Shown: positions 1-10,290, numbered from the stretch's first letter. The stretch is DNA of 64,000 bases from a virus (IMGVR_UViG_3300028025_000091:64001-128000), one strand, 5' to 3'. The notes: generated from the sequence alone by a model not told the origin. Translations and numbers: made by a program.

Positions 1-1
1 T

Positions 2-1321
2 TCTGCAGATAATTACAGATGGCAAATTGTTTCTCCTGATACTAATAATGGAACTTTTACACTTGTTATCCGTCAAGGGAATGATTCAAATATTCAAAAC
101 TCTATTTTAGAAACTTGGGGTCCACTTTCATTAGATCCATATGCTTCAAACTATATTGAAAAAGTAATTGGTAATCAAATTGAAAATATAGCAATAGATA
201 ATGGTGAATACTACATCCAATTATCTGGAAGTTATCAAAACCAATCAGCTTATGTTCGTGTTAAACAAGTAAATCAAACCACACCAAATTATTTCGATAA
301 TGTAGGAAACCCTAAAAATGAATTTACTGGATCAATCCCAGTAACTCAAAGTGGTGTATTTGGAGATGCAAAAGGAAGTAATATTCCTACATTTGCTGCT
401 GGAGCGTATTATGAAAATATTTCAAATACTAATGTTCAAGGTTTAAAAGCTAATGATTATACAGAATCTATTTCTTTATTAGCAAATAAGGATGCTTTTA
501 AATATAATTTATTAATTGCTCCTGGTTTAATTGCTGACCCACAATCTTTTAATTTACATAATGCTGTAGTAAATCAAATGATTACAACAGTTCAAGAAAG
601 AGGAGATTCAATGGTAGTAACAGATGTAGTTGGATATGGATCAAATATCACCCCAGTAGTTACTAGTGCACAATCAAAAGATACTTCATATGCTGCGACA
701 TATTGGCCTTGGTTACTCACTGTAGATCCTAATACATCTAATTATGTTTGGGTTCCTACAGCTACATTAATTCCTAGAGTATATGCTCAAAACGATGCTA
801 TTGCTTATCCTTGGTTTGCACCAGCAGGTGTTAATCGTGGAATAATGACATCTGTTATTAAAACTGAAAGAGTATTAACACAAGGAAATAGAGATACATT
901 ATATAAAGCAAACATTAATCCAATCGCAAATATTGCTACAGCTGCTGGATCAGCAATATCAGTATTTGGACAAAAAACATTACAGAAAAAAACAACTGCT
1001 TTAGATCGTGTAAATGTACGTCGTTTATTAATTGAACTTAAAAATTATATATCTCAAGTAGCTGATACATTTGTATTTGAACAAAATAATGAAGCAACAA
1101 GAAATAGTTTATTATCATTAATTAATCCTTATTTATCACAAGTTCAACAACAACAAGGTTTAACATCATTCCAAGTTATAATTAATGAATCAAATAATAC
1201 ACCTACTACAGTAGATCAAAATCAATTAATAGGCCAAATTTATTTGCAACCAACTAAAACAGCTGAATTCATTATATTAGACTTTAATATATTACCTACA
1301 GGTGCAACGTTTCCTGCTTAG
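2..1321 (+). CDS. Tail sheath protein, copy 1 (5'-truncated by window edge)
   Basis: The frame of the 578 ORF reads open from base 2 (SADNYRWQIVSPDTNNGTFTLVIRQGND..., aligning with SSDNIRWEITNSNTGSGTFNVLVRRGND of the next gene). Sheath C-terminal motifs PWFAPAG.NRG, GQKTLQ, LDRVNVRRL, FEQN, QPTKTAEFI. Confidence 0.93.
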   Translation, partial: SADNYRWQIVSPDTNNGTFTLVIRQGNDSNIQNSILETWGPLSLDPYASNYIEKVIGNQIENIAIDNGEYYIQLSGSYQNQSAYVRVKQVNQTTPNYFDNVGNPKNEFTGSIPVTQSGVFGDAKGSNIPTFAAGAYYENISNTNVQGLKANDYTESISLLANKDAFKYNLLIAPGLIADPQSFNLHNAVVNQMITTVQERGDSMVVTDVVGYGSNITPVVTSAQSKDTSYAATYWPWLLTVDPNTSNYVWVPTATLIPRVYAQNDAIAYPWFAPAGVNRGIMTSVIKTERVLTQGNRDTLYKANINPIANIATAAGSAISVFGQKTLQKKTTALDRVNVRRLLIELKNYISQVADTFVFEQNNEATRNSLLSLINPYLSQVQQQQGLTSFQVIINESNNTPTTVDQNQLIGQIYLQPTKTAEFIILDFNILPTGATFPA

Positions 1322-1367
1322 TAATATATTTTAAAGAGAATATTCATATTTATAATAAAAAGATAAA

Positions 1368-3086
1368 ATGGCAAATTTTACAACTTCTCCTGGAGTAGCA
1401 ATTAGCGAAATAGATAACACTTATTTGACAGGACAACCTGTTCAAGCGGGTGCTGCTATTGTAGGCCCAACAGTTAAAGGACCTGTTGAGACACCAACCT
1501 TAGTAACCTCTTATTCAGATTACGTAACAAAGTTTGGAGAAACATTTATTAGTGGTGGTCAATCATATTCATATTTAACTTCAATTGCTGCTTATAATTA
1601 TTTCAATTATGGAGGAACTTCATTATTAGTTGCTCGTGTAGTAACTGCATCAGCTAACTGGGCATCAGCTCAAAGCACAACCATTCCAAATTACTTCACT
1701 TCAGCATCATTTGTTTTAGAAACAATTTCTGAAGGAACTATTATGAATAACTCAGGCTCTAATGCTTTAGGAGCTAATGGAACATTAAATTCAGGATCAT
1801 CTGATAATATTCGTTGGGAAATTACCAATTCAAATACTGGATCAGGAACATTTAATGTTTTAGTTAGACGTGGTAATGATACTGAATCTAATAAAGCAGT
1901 ATTAGAAGCATGGAATAACTTAACACTTGACCCTAATTCAAATCGTTATATTTCTCAAGTAATTGGTGATCAAGTATTGAATTATAATGCCGCGAATAAT
2001 CAAATGGAATTATCTGGAAGTTATCCAAATATGTCCCAGTATATTCGTGTTAAAACTGTTAATTACTCAACACCAGATTATTTTGATGCAAACGGTGTAG
2101 CAATTAGTGCTTATACAGCTTCAATCCCAGTAAACGGTAGTGGTTCAGAAGGAGGTTCATTTTATAATGCTAGTGGAACAGTAAATAGTACCATCAATTT
2201 ATATAATAATATTTCAACTAACACTCAAGGATTGATTGGTGCTAGTTACAATAATATGATTGCGTTAATGGGTAATCCTGAAGCTTACCAATTTAATCTT
2301 TTATTCACTCCAGGATTATTAAACGATACTCATACCGCTCAAATTACAAATATTATCTCTAATACAATTGCACGAGGTGATAACATGTATGTAATGGATT
2401 TAGGAGCATTTGGAACAACAACAACCGGTGCCATAATCCAAGCTCAAACACGTGATACTTCATACGCTGCATCTTATTTCCCTTGGGTTCGAATCATTGA
2501 CCCATCAACAGGAAAACAAGTATGGGTTCCAGCTTCAACAGTAGTACCAGGTGTATATGCATTTAATGATAAAGTATCAGCTCCATGGTTCGCACCAGCA
2601 GGTATTAACAGAGGTGGATTAAGTACAGTATTACAAGCTGAGTTGAAATTAACTCAAGGTAATCGTGATACATTATATGCAAATAATATAAACCCAATTG
2701 CAACATTACCTAAACAAGGAGTTGTAGTATACGGACAAAAAACATTACAAAAATCCCAATCAGCTCTTGACCGTGTAAATGTTAGACGTTTGATGATTGA
2801 ATTAAAAGGATATATTCGTCAAATTGCAGATACAATAGTATTTGAACAAAACAATATCACAACAAGAAATTCATTTATAGCACGTGTTACTCCATATTTA
2901 GAAGGAATCCAACAAAAACAAGGACTATATGCTTATAAAGTTGTTATGGATGATACAAATAACGGACCAGCAGTAATTGACCAAAACCAATTAGTAGGAC
3001 AAATTTATATCCAACCAACACGCACAGCTGAATTTATTTCATTAGATTTCATCCTAATGCCTACAGGAGCTCAATTCCCAGGATAA
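1368..3086 (+). CDS. Tail sheath protein, copy 2
   Basis: N-terminal SPGVAISEID and GPTVKGP; C-terminal PWFAPAGINRG, YGQKTLQ, LDRVNVRRL, QPTRTAEFI, typical of gp18-like sheath proteins. Confidence 0.95.
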   Translation: MANFTTSPGVAISEIDNTYLTGQPVQAGAAIVGPTVKGPVETPTLVTSYSDYVTKFGETFISGGQSYSYLTSIAAYNYFNYGGTSLLVARVVTASANWASAQSTTIPNYFTSASFVLETISEGTIMNNSGSNALGANGTLNSGSSDNIRWEITNSNTGSGTFNVLVRRGNDTESNKAVLEAWNNLTLDPNSNRYISQVIGDQVLNYNAANNQMELSGSYPNMSQYIRVKTVNYSTPDYFDANGVAISAYTASIPVNGSGSEGGSFYNASGTVNSTINLYNNISTNTQGLIGASYNNMIALMGNPEAYQFNLLFTPGLLNDTHTAQITNIISNTIARGDNMYVMDLGAFGTTTTGAIIQAQTRDTSYAASYFPWVRIIDPSTGKQVWVPASTVVPGVYAFNDKVSAPWFAPAGINRGGLSTVLQAELKLTQGNRDTLYANNINPIATLPKQGVVVYGQKTLQKSQSALDRVNVRRLMIELKGYIRQIADTIVFEQNNITTRNSFIARVTPYLEGIQQKQGLYAYKVVMDDTNNGPAVIDQNQLVGQIYIQPTRTAEFISLDFILMPTGAQFPG

Positions 3087-3131
3087 AAACTAAAAAATAT
3101 AATATTTATAATAAAACTAAAATAAAATAAG

Positions 3132-3620
3132 ATGCCAATTTTAGATCAAAATCAGATATTTTTCACTCCATTTGAACCAAAACAAAGTAATCGTTTTGTC
3201 GTTTCAATCGATGGCGTTCCTGGATACTTAGTTAAAGGAGTTAGTGCAATTTCTGCTACACAAACAGCGGTTGCTCTTAACCATATCAACATTCAACGAT
3301 ATGTAAAAGGAAAAACTATCTGGGGACCTATTACATTTACAATGTACGAATCAATCACTCCATCTGGTGCACAATCAATAATGGAATGGGTACGTTTAGG
3401 TCACGAATCAGTAACAGGTAGAGATGGATATTCTGATTTCTATAAAAAAGATATCTACTTCAATGCTGTAGGACCTGTAGGTGATTATGTATCTGAATGG
3501 GTAATCAAAGGAGCTGTTATTACAAGCGTTAACTTTGGAGATTACAACTGGGATGATGACGGAACTGTAGTAAACATTACAGTTGAAGTTCAACCAGATT
3601 ACTGTGTATTGAACTACTAA
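3132..3620 (+). CDS. Tail tube protein (T4 gp19-like)
   Basis: 162 aa directly after the sheath; FEPKQSNRF, W.PIT.T.Y, EW, GRDGY..FYKKD, EW.IKGA pattern. Confidence 0.85.
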   Translation: MPILDQNQIFFTPFEPKQSNRFVVSIDGVPGYLVKGVSAISATQTAVALNHINIQRYVKGKTIWGPITFTMYESITPSGAQSIMEWVRLGHESVTGRDGYSDFYKKDIYFNAVGPVGDYVSEWVIKGAVITSVNFGDYNWDDDGTVVNITVEVQPDYCVLNY

Positions 3621-3642
3621 GAACAAAACAACAAAGAATACG

Positions 3643-3672
3643 AAAGCTCCAAAGAAATTTGGGGCTTTTACT
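3643..3672 (+). terminator. Intrinsic terminator after tail tube
   Basis: Hairpin aaagctccaaa-gaaa-tttggggcttt followed by a T-rich tract. Confidence 0.7.
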
Positions 3673-3687
3673 TTCTTTTCATATATT
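3659..3687 (+). promoter_or_regulatory. Class I promoter TTGG-N19-TATATT (host sigma-like)
   Basis: TTGG at 3659, TATATT at 3682; the same 19-nt spacing recurs at 7 other sites. Confidence 0.6.
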
Positions 3688-3693
3688 GGGCTT

Positions 3694-5892
3694 ATGAAAA
3701 AATTATTGATATTTCTTTTATTGACTAGTATAGGATACGGTCAATATTGTCCTGCATTAGGACCCGATCAAATATTACCTTGTGGTGTAGGATCAACTAC
3801 ATTAACCGCAGATTTAAGCCAATGTGGAGCGGGTAATAACCCCAATCAAACAACAAACTACACTGTTGCTTCCATACCGTATGTAGCCCAAACCAATACT
3901 GGAACATCTGTGTTTATGACAGATGATTCTCAACAAGGACCATTTAATATTGGTTTTAATTTTTGTTTTTTTGGAACGACATATGCCCAATTTTATATTG
4001 GATCAAATGGATGGATTTCGTTTAGTGGAGGTCAACCAACAACATTTACAACTCAAACTATCCCAACGGGGAATGCTTTAGTACCTAAAAATTGTATTAT
4101 GGGACCATGGCAGGATTGGCATCCTGGAATTGGTGGTCAAATTAAATACCAAACAGTAGGTGTAGCTCCATGTAGAAAATTAATTGTAAGTTGGATTGGA
4201 GTCCCAATGTTCAGTTGTACTGGAAATCAAGGTACATTCCATATTGTAATTGAAGAATCCACTAACTATATCAGTAACTATATTCAATCAAAACCTTCTT
4301 GTACCCAATGGCAAGGTGGAACAGCTATTGAAGGAATCCATAATGCTGCCGGAACCGTTGCAGTAGCAGTACCTGGAAGAAATTCCACAGTTTGGACAGC
4401 TACTAATGATGCTTGGAGATGGACCCCTAGTGGACCAGTAGTTACCCCAGTATTAACTTGGTATCAAGTAGGAAATCCTGTAGCTATTGGAACAGGCCCA
4501 AGCATTAATGTTTCACCTTTAACACCAACACAATATACTTGTCATTTTGTTTATCCAACTTGTAATGCTGGATGGTCTTCATGTAATGCTGGAACAAGCT
4601 TAGGACCTGATACTGTATTAGTTGTACCGGGACCTCCAAATTTACCAAACCCAACTATTTTTAATATTGATCCAACTTGTAATGGAGATTGTGATGGAAG
4701 TATCTTTATTTCCCCAAATGGAGGTACAGGAGTTCAATTAATTTCATGGAATGGTCCCCAACTTGGATTTAATCCATCAAGTTTATGTGCTGGTGTATAT
4801 TCATTTACTCTTACAGACGCTGCTGGATGTACAGTCTCTAATACTGTTACATTAGTAAATCCACCTGTTCCTGTAATTAGCCCTATTACTTATAACGATA
4901 CTATTTGTTACCAATCACCAATTGAAATCTATTCAGTAACTTCACAACCTGGATACACATATCAATGGTCTTCACTTTCCCAAATCACTTCAGGACAAGG
5001 TACAAATACTATAAATGTAGATTGGAGCTCATTCTCTTCAGGTTTTATTCCGGGTGCTATTATGGTAACAGGATATAATCAAAACAATTGTCCTAGTTTA
5101 CCTGAATCAATTGATTTAATTGTATTTAATATTTTACCTGTAATTGATCCTGCAGGTCCGTTTTGTTCAAATGATGAGTTTTCAACATTAAATGCTACAC
5201 CTATTGGAGGTGTATTTAGTGGAACAGGAATGATGGGTAATGATTTTTATCCTTTATTTGCTGATACTTTAGACAATTTTATAACTTATACCTATTTGCA
5301 AAGTGGATGCTCATTCGATACTACAATTAATATTACTGTTTACGAACAGCCAACTATTACCTCAATTACACCATATAATGAATTCTTTGAACTGTGTGAT
5401 GGTGATTCTATACCAAGTACATACTCGGTAGTTGCTTCTTTACCCGGTTATAATGAATGGACTATATTGAATAATACCGTCCAAACAGAAACACTAAATA
5501 TCGCTTGGAACGCGCCCGGAATGTTTGATATTTCGGTAGTACATTATTCAAATGGATGTCCCTCCCCACAACAACAAACAGTAATTACTATTGTACAATG
5601 TCCTGAGCTATTATTCTTTGTTCCAAATTCATTCACCCCGGATGGAAACGAACATAATAATTCTTTTAAATGGACTTTTACAAGTGGATTTGATCCTTAT
5701 AATTTTCATGTAGAAATTTATAATAGGTGGGGAGAAATGATTTATGAAAGTCATGACCCTAATGATTATTGGGATGGAACATATGCTAATATCCCTTGCA
5801 CCCCAGGATTATACAATTACAAAGTTGATTTTAAAAGTCAAAAAGATGATGGTAAATATGAATTTGTAGGAAGTGTTAATCTTATTAGATAG
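3694..5892 (+). CDS. Secreted protein with T9SS type B (gliding-motility-associated, CHU_C-like) C-terminal domain
   Basis: Signal peptide MKKLLIFLLLTSIGYG/Q; SprB-like PTCNGDCDGSI...GGTG...L.AG.Y...TDA.GC; C-terminal FVPNSFTPDGNEHN...IYNRWGE..YES...WDGTY...G.Y.Y...GSVNLIR. Confidence 0.85.
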   Translation: MKKLLIFLLLTSIGYGQYCPALGPDQILPCGVGSTTLTADLSQCGAGNNPNQTTNYTVASIPYVAQTNTGTSVFMTDDSQQGPFNIGFNFCFFGTTYAQFYIGSNGWISFSGGQPTTFTTQTIPTGNALVPKNCIMGPWQDWHPGIGGQIKYQTVGVAPCRKLIVSWIGVPMFSCTGNQGTFHIVIEESTNYISNYIQSKPSCTQWQGGTAIEGIHNAAGTVAVAVPGRNSTVWTATNDAWRWTPSGPVVTPVLTWYQVGNPVAIGTGPSINVSPLTPTQYTCHFVYPTCNAGWSSCNAGTSLGPDTVLVVPGPPNLPNPTIFNIDPTCNGDCDGSIFISPNGGTGVQLISWNGPQLGFNPSSLCAGVYSFTLTDAAGCTVSNTVTLVNPPVPVISPITYNDTICYQSPIEIYSVTSQPGYTYQWSSLSQITSGQGTNTINVDWSSFSSGFIPGAIMVTGYNQNNCPSLPESIDLIVFNILPVIDPAGPFCSNDEFSTLNATPIGGVFSGTGMMGNDFYPLFADTLDNFITYTYLQSGCSFDTTINITVYEQPTITSITPYNEFFELCDGDSIPSTYSVVASLPGYNEWTILNNTVQTETLNIAWNAPGMFDISVVHYSNGCPSPQQQTVITIVQCPELLFFVPNSFTPDGNEHNNSFKWTFTSGFDPYNFHVEIYNRWGEMIYESHDPNDYWDGTYANIPCTPGLYNYKVDFKSQKDDGKYEFVGSVNLIR

Positions 5893-5910
5893 TACAATAT
5901 TTATAACAGT

Positions 5911-6282
5911 ATGAAATTAGAAAATCTACGTACGTTAGTAAAAGAAGAATTAAGCAGAAAGCTTAACGAAGAATACCAAGACAAATTCAAAATGGTTGGT
6001 ATGATTATCACTAACATTAAAAAACGCCCACAGAAAGAAATATTTTCCGACATCCGTTCACTTCCTGGCATTACAGTAGCATCAGCAAAAGAGCCACTTG
6101 AATATAGTCAACAGAATACAGAAAAATTTCAAACTATTTTAACTATTAAAGTTGATGGACATCCTTGGATTGTAAAAGGTGGTTTTGATAGATCAAAAAT
6201 GGAAGAAATACGCAAAGAAATATTGAAGATAGAAGGAGTATTATCATATAACGTAAATTCTGATAATATTACTTCTCTTTAA
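5911..6282 (+). CDS. Hypothetical protein (likely virion-associated)
   Basis: 123-aa ORF preceded by the ATATTTATAA motif at 5897. Confidence 0.6.
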   Translation: MKLENLRTLVKEELSRKLNEEYQDKFKMVGMIITNIKKRPQKEIFSDIRSLPGITVASAKEPLEYSQQNTEKFQTILTIKVDGHPWIVKGGFDRSKMEEIRKEILKIEGVLSYNVNSDNITSL

Positions 6283-6323
6283 TATATGTATATAAAACAA
6301 TTAAGTTATAATAAATAAAAATT

Positions 6324-7055
6324 ATGGAAGAATTTAAAACACCAACCGAAAAGGTTGAATTACCCTCAAAAGGTTTAGTTTACCCCCCAGAAAATCCTTT
6401 ATCACAAGGTTATGTTGAAATGAAATACATGACCGCTAAAGAAGAAGATATTCTTCTTAATGCAAACTATATCAAAAGTGGTACTGCTATCGATAAATTA
6501 TTGAAATCAATGATTGTAACTCCAATTAACTATGATGATTTAATCACTGGAGATAAAAATGCAATTATGATTGCTTCTCGTATTTTAGGATATGGTTCTG
6601 AATATACATTTACATATAATGATGAAGAACATACAGTTGATTTATCCCAATTAGAACCTAAAGAATTAGACGAATCTAAATTCACCGCAGGGGTAAATGA
6701 ATTTGATTATATATTCCCATTCTCTAAAACAAATATTACATTTAAGTTACTCCAACACCGCGACGAAAATAATATCCAACGCGAATTAGATGGGCTTAAA
6801 AAAATCAATAAAGATAATTCACCTGAATTATCCACTCGAATGAAATTTCTTATTACATCAGTTGATGGAAGTAGAGATTCAAAGTTAATTCGAGAGTTTG
6901 TAGATAAACATCTCTTAGCACGAGACGCTAAGTCTCTTAGAACATATATTAAAGATTTCCAACCAGACGTAGATCTAACTTTTTTTCCCTCTGGGGAATC
7001 GGATAGAGTCTCTATCCCAATTGGGCTTAAGTTTTTTTGGCCTGACTTCGAGTGA
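6324..7055 (+). CDS. Baseplate hub assembly / tail assembly chaperone (gp26-like)
   Basis: VELPSKG..YP, MKYMTAKEEDIL, GDKNAIMIASRILGYG; sits upstream of the tape measure gene. Confidence 0.7.
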   Translation: MEEFKTPTEKVELPSKGLVYPPENPLSQGYVEMKYMTAKEEDILLNANYIKSGTAIDKLLKSMIVTPINYDDLITGDKNAIMIASRILGYGSEYTFTYNDEEHTVDLSQLEPKELDESKFTAGVNEFDYIFPFSKTNITFKLLQHRDENNIQRELDGLKKINKDNSPELSTRMKFLITSVDGSRDSKLIREFVDKHLLARDAKSLRTYIKDFQPDVDLTFFPSGESDRVSIPIGLKFFWPDFE

Positions 7056-7326
7056 TTCTTCATCACAAGTAAAATTAGCTATTTATAAGCAAATCCATCA
7101 AATTTGCTTTTTTGGAAAAGGAGGATATAGCTGGCCTGTTGTATATAATATGCCAGTTTATCTTCGCCGTTTTATTTTTAATGAAATGAGACAATTCTAT
7201 GATGAAGAAAAAGCAGCCAATGAAAAAGCTATAAAGAAACCATCCCGCCCCGGTTCACCATCTGAAACCCAAACATTTAATATGGGAGCTCCAACTAAAG
7301 GTAAACCACCTGTATCATACCAATAA
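7033..7326 (+). CDS. Tail chaperone C-terminal extension (probably reached by frameshift) or small baseplate protein
   Basis: +1 frame overlapping the end of 6324..7055 across a T7 run (7032-7038); no ATG before the protein-like block IHQICFFGKGGYSW..VYNMP. Confidence 0.55.
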   Translation, partial: FFGLTSSDSSSQVKLAIYKQIHQICFFGKGGYSWPVVYNMPVYLRRFIFNEMRQFYDEEKAANEKAIKKPSRPGSPSETQTFNMGAPTKGKPPVSYQ

Positions 7327-7367
7327 AAATTGGTATCCCTAATATTTATAATAAAATAATTTAGAAT

Positions 7368-9620
7368 ATGGCTGCTAAAGACGATACTGAAGGTTTAAAA
7401 AGTGCTGCAGATAAGTTAAAAGGTGACTTTGATAAGATTAATAAATCTTTAAAAGATACTAAGACTCTTCTTAATGATTCCATTTCTCCATTTGAATCTT
7501 TAGCTAAAATATCTGAACAATTCCTTTCTCATAAAACAGCCGAAAATAAATTAAGTGCTGAAGAATTAAAAAATTTAGCACTTAAAGTTAAAGCAGAACA
7601 AGATAATTTATTTCAATCCCAAAAAGCTTTAAAAGAAAGACAAAAATTTCTTAAAGAAGAATTAAAATCCAATCAACTTAATGCAAAGAGTTATAAAAGC
7701 ATTACAGAAGAAATTAAACAAAACGCTAAAGCCCAAAGTAATCTCACCAAACAAATCAATCTCACCTCAGGTGAAGTTGAAAATTTAGAAAAAAAACTTC
7801 AAAAAGCTGCAAAAACAGCAAAAACTGTAGAATTTGGAAAAAAACTCTCATCAAATCTAGATAAAATATCTACTCCTTTAGATGAGATTCTTAATCCTAT
7901 GAATCTAATTAATAAAACTATTGGATTTATTGTTAATACTGTTTTAGAGTTCGATCAAAGATTAGGTGATACTGCTAAAAGTATGAATTTAACATACAAA
8001 GAAGCAGAAGATTCTAATAGGGCAATGATTAAATTCGCTCTATCAACAGGAGATGCTTTTCTTAATTCACAAAATTTAAATAAAACCGTAGTAGATTTAA
8101 ATAAAAATTTAGGTACTTCAATAAAATTTGAACAACTTACTGGTGCTCTTAAAGAGGATGTAGCATTAATGTCCAAATTAGAAAACATGGCTGGGTTAAC
8201 CGCAGAGGAAACCCAAGGAATCCTCCAATATACTTTAGCTACTGGCCAATCAGCAACAAAAGCTACAAAAGATTTAATGGCTAACTACAAAGTAGCAGGT
8301 CTTAAACGTGGAGTTGTATTAAATGAAAAAGATGCTTTAAAAGAAATATCCAAATTATCAAATGCTATTAAATTATCCACAGCTGGAGGTGCTGCTGGAA
8401 TAGCTAAAGCAGCAGCTGCAGCAAAAGCATTAGGATCAGATTTAGGCAAAGTTGATGAGATAGCAGGCAGTATCCTTAATTTTGAAGAATCAATTGAAGC
8501 AGAATTAAGTGCAGAATTACTAACTGGTAAAGATTTAAATTTAGAAAAAGCACGTGAAGCTGCTTTAAATAATGACCTAGCAACCCTTTCAGATGAAATT
8601 GCTAAAAATGTAGGAAAAGCTGCTGACTTTAACAAAATGAATAGAATCCAACAGGATGCAATTGCAAAATCTGTTGGTATGTCTCGTGAAGAACTAGCAA
8701 CTACTTTAACTAATCAAGAATCTTTAAAAAATATTGGTGCTTCTTCTGTAGAACAAGCTCGAGAACAATATGATTTAGCGGTAGCACAGGGAAGAGAAAA
8801 AGAATTTTTAAATGAATTAGGTAACGAAGAATTAGAAAAACAATTTAAACAACAAAGTAGTCAAGAAATGTTAGTTGAATTGCAAAAACAATCAGCTGAT
8901 AAAATAATAGACACTATTGCAGGTTTTGATGAATGGAAAAAAAGAATTAAAGATATATATGATGCTTTTATGAAAGTATTTGACAAGTTTGGTGGATTTA
9001 AAACACTTATAGCTTCTATAGGTACTATTATGGCATTTAAAATTATTTCATCTTTGGGTAGAGCAGTAGTATTAGGTGCAGCTCAATTAGCATCTGCAGT
9101 AGCTTATACTAGAGAAATACGAAAACAACAAGCTCTAAAAACTGGAGAAATTAATAAAGAAGTAGCATTAACAGCCGCTAAAGTTGCGGGTGCTGAAGCC
9201 TCTACTTTAGGAGCAGCAACAGTTACAATCCTTGCAGGGATTGGTGCTGTTATGGCATTAGTTGGAAGCCTTACAATGATGAATGATGGTGTCATAGGCC
9301 CTTCAGGTGGAAGTGGTCATGGAAATAGAGTAATGTTCGGTCCTGAAGGTGCAATTTCATTCAACAATAAAGATACTATTGTAGCTGGAACTGATTTATT
9401 TAAAGCAGATGATATGGTATCTGCTCCTAAAGGTGCAGTTCAAATTTCAAACAATAGCTCATCTAAAGAAATAGCTGAATTAAGAAGCGCAATAATGGCC
9501 CTAGCAACTCGACCAGTTGATGTAGCAATTGATGGAACTAAAGTAATTGAAGCTACAACAGGTATGAATCCTAACACACAAGGATTAGAATCTGCTAAAA
9601 ATAGTTTTAAAATGCAATAA
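7368..9620 (+). CDS. Tape measure protein
   Basis: 750 aa, Ala/Lys/Glu-rich helical; LNFEESIEAELSAELLTGKDLNLEKAR; position between chaperone and baseplate genes. Confidence 0.8.
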   Translation: MAAKDDTEGLKSAADKLKGDFDKINKSLKDTKTLLNDSISPFESLAKISEQFLSHKTAENKLSAEELKNLALKVKAEQDNLFQSQKALKERQKFLKEELKSNQLNAKSYKSITEEIKQNAKAQSNLTKQINLTSGEVENLEKKLQKAAKTAKTVEFGKKLSSNLDKISTPLDEILNPMNLINKTIGFIVNTVLEFDQRLGDTAKSMNLTYKEAEDSNRAMIKFALSTGDAFLNSQNLNKTVVDLNKNLGTSIKFEQLTGALKEDVALMSKLENMAGLTAEETQGILQYTLATGQSATKATKDLMANYKVAGLKRGVVLNEKDALKEISKLSNAIKLSTAGGAAGIAKAAAAAKALGSDLGKVDEIAGSILNFEESIEAELSAELLTGKDLNLEKAREAALNNDLATLSDEIAKNVGKAADFNKMNRIQQDAIAKSVGMSREELATTLTNQESLKNIGASSVEQAREQYDLAVAQGREKEFLNELGNEELEKQFKQQSSQEMLVELQKQSADKIIDTIAGFDEWKKRIKDIYDAFMKVFDKFGGFKTLIASIGTIMAFKIISSLGRAVVLGAAQLASAVAYTREIRKQQALKTGEINKEVALTAAKVAGAEASTLGAATVTILAGIGAVMALVGSLTMMNDGVIGPSGGSGHGNRVMFGPEGAISFNNKDTIVAGTDLFKADDMVSAPKGAVQISNNSSSKEIAELRSAIMALATRPVDVAIDGTKVIEATTGMNPNTQGLESAKNSFKMQ

Positions 9621-9647
9621 TATTTAATATTTATAAACAAAATAATC

Positions 9648-9953
9648 ATGGGAATTTTAACTAAACTTCAAAACCAAGGTTCAGTGTATGCATATGGTGC
9701 TAATAGTGCTTCTCCAACTAATGGAAATAATACCCCAAATGGACCACAATCTCCACTAGTAACCCCTCAATCCACATTACATGCGAGTCCTAATGGATCT
9801 CCAGGATATTCTTTAAATGGTGCTAATGGAACAACAGTAAATAGTTATTCTAACATATACCAAGATGGTGTACCAAATGCATTACCATCACCATCTACTT
9901 TAGACCTGAATGGTACTAACCCGACTCCATATTTATTGAACCCACCTCAATAA
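9648..9953 (+). CDS. Hypothetical structural protein (paralog of 9961..10290)
   Basis: Shares GIL.KL..QGS.Y, QSTLH, Y.DGV.N..PSP.TLD with the next ORF. Confidence 0.6.
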   Translation: MGILTKLQNQGSVYAYGANSASPTNGNNTPNGPQSPLVTPQSTLHASPNGSPGYSLNGANGTTVNSYSNIYQDGVPNALPSPSTLDLNGTNPTPYLLNPPQ

Positions 9954-9960
9954 GATAATT

Positions 9961-10290
9961 ATGTCTGATGGATTATTAGTTAAATTAACCACACAAGGTT
10001 CTCCATATTCAACCAATAATGGACAGAACCCTTATGTTAATCCATTATCTACCAAGCAGTCTACACTTCATTACGATTCTAAAACTAATACTGAAGGTTG
10101 GTCTGTTGGAGGGAAATTAACCCCAGCTAAACTGCAAACAATTCAAAATTATACGGCATATAATGATGGAGTATTTAATCCAATCCCATCTCCAACTACT
10201 TTAGATATTAATGATCCTGAAGGGGCCGATCCAAACTATAAATTAAAATATACACCAACAGACGGATATGAAAAAAGTAAATTTACTTAA
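9961..10290 (+). CDS. Hypothetical structural protein (paralog of 9648..9953)
   Basis: GLLVKLTTQGSPY, QSTLH, YNDGVFNPIPSPTTLD. Confidence 0.6.
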   Translation: MSDGLLVKLTTQGSPYSTNNGQNPYVNPLSTKQSTLHYDSKTNTEGWSVGGKLTPAKLQTIQNYTAYNDGVFNPIPSPTTLDINDPEGADPNYKLKYTPTDGYEKSKFT

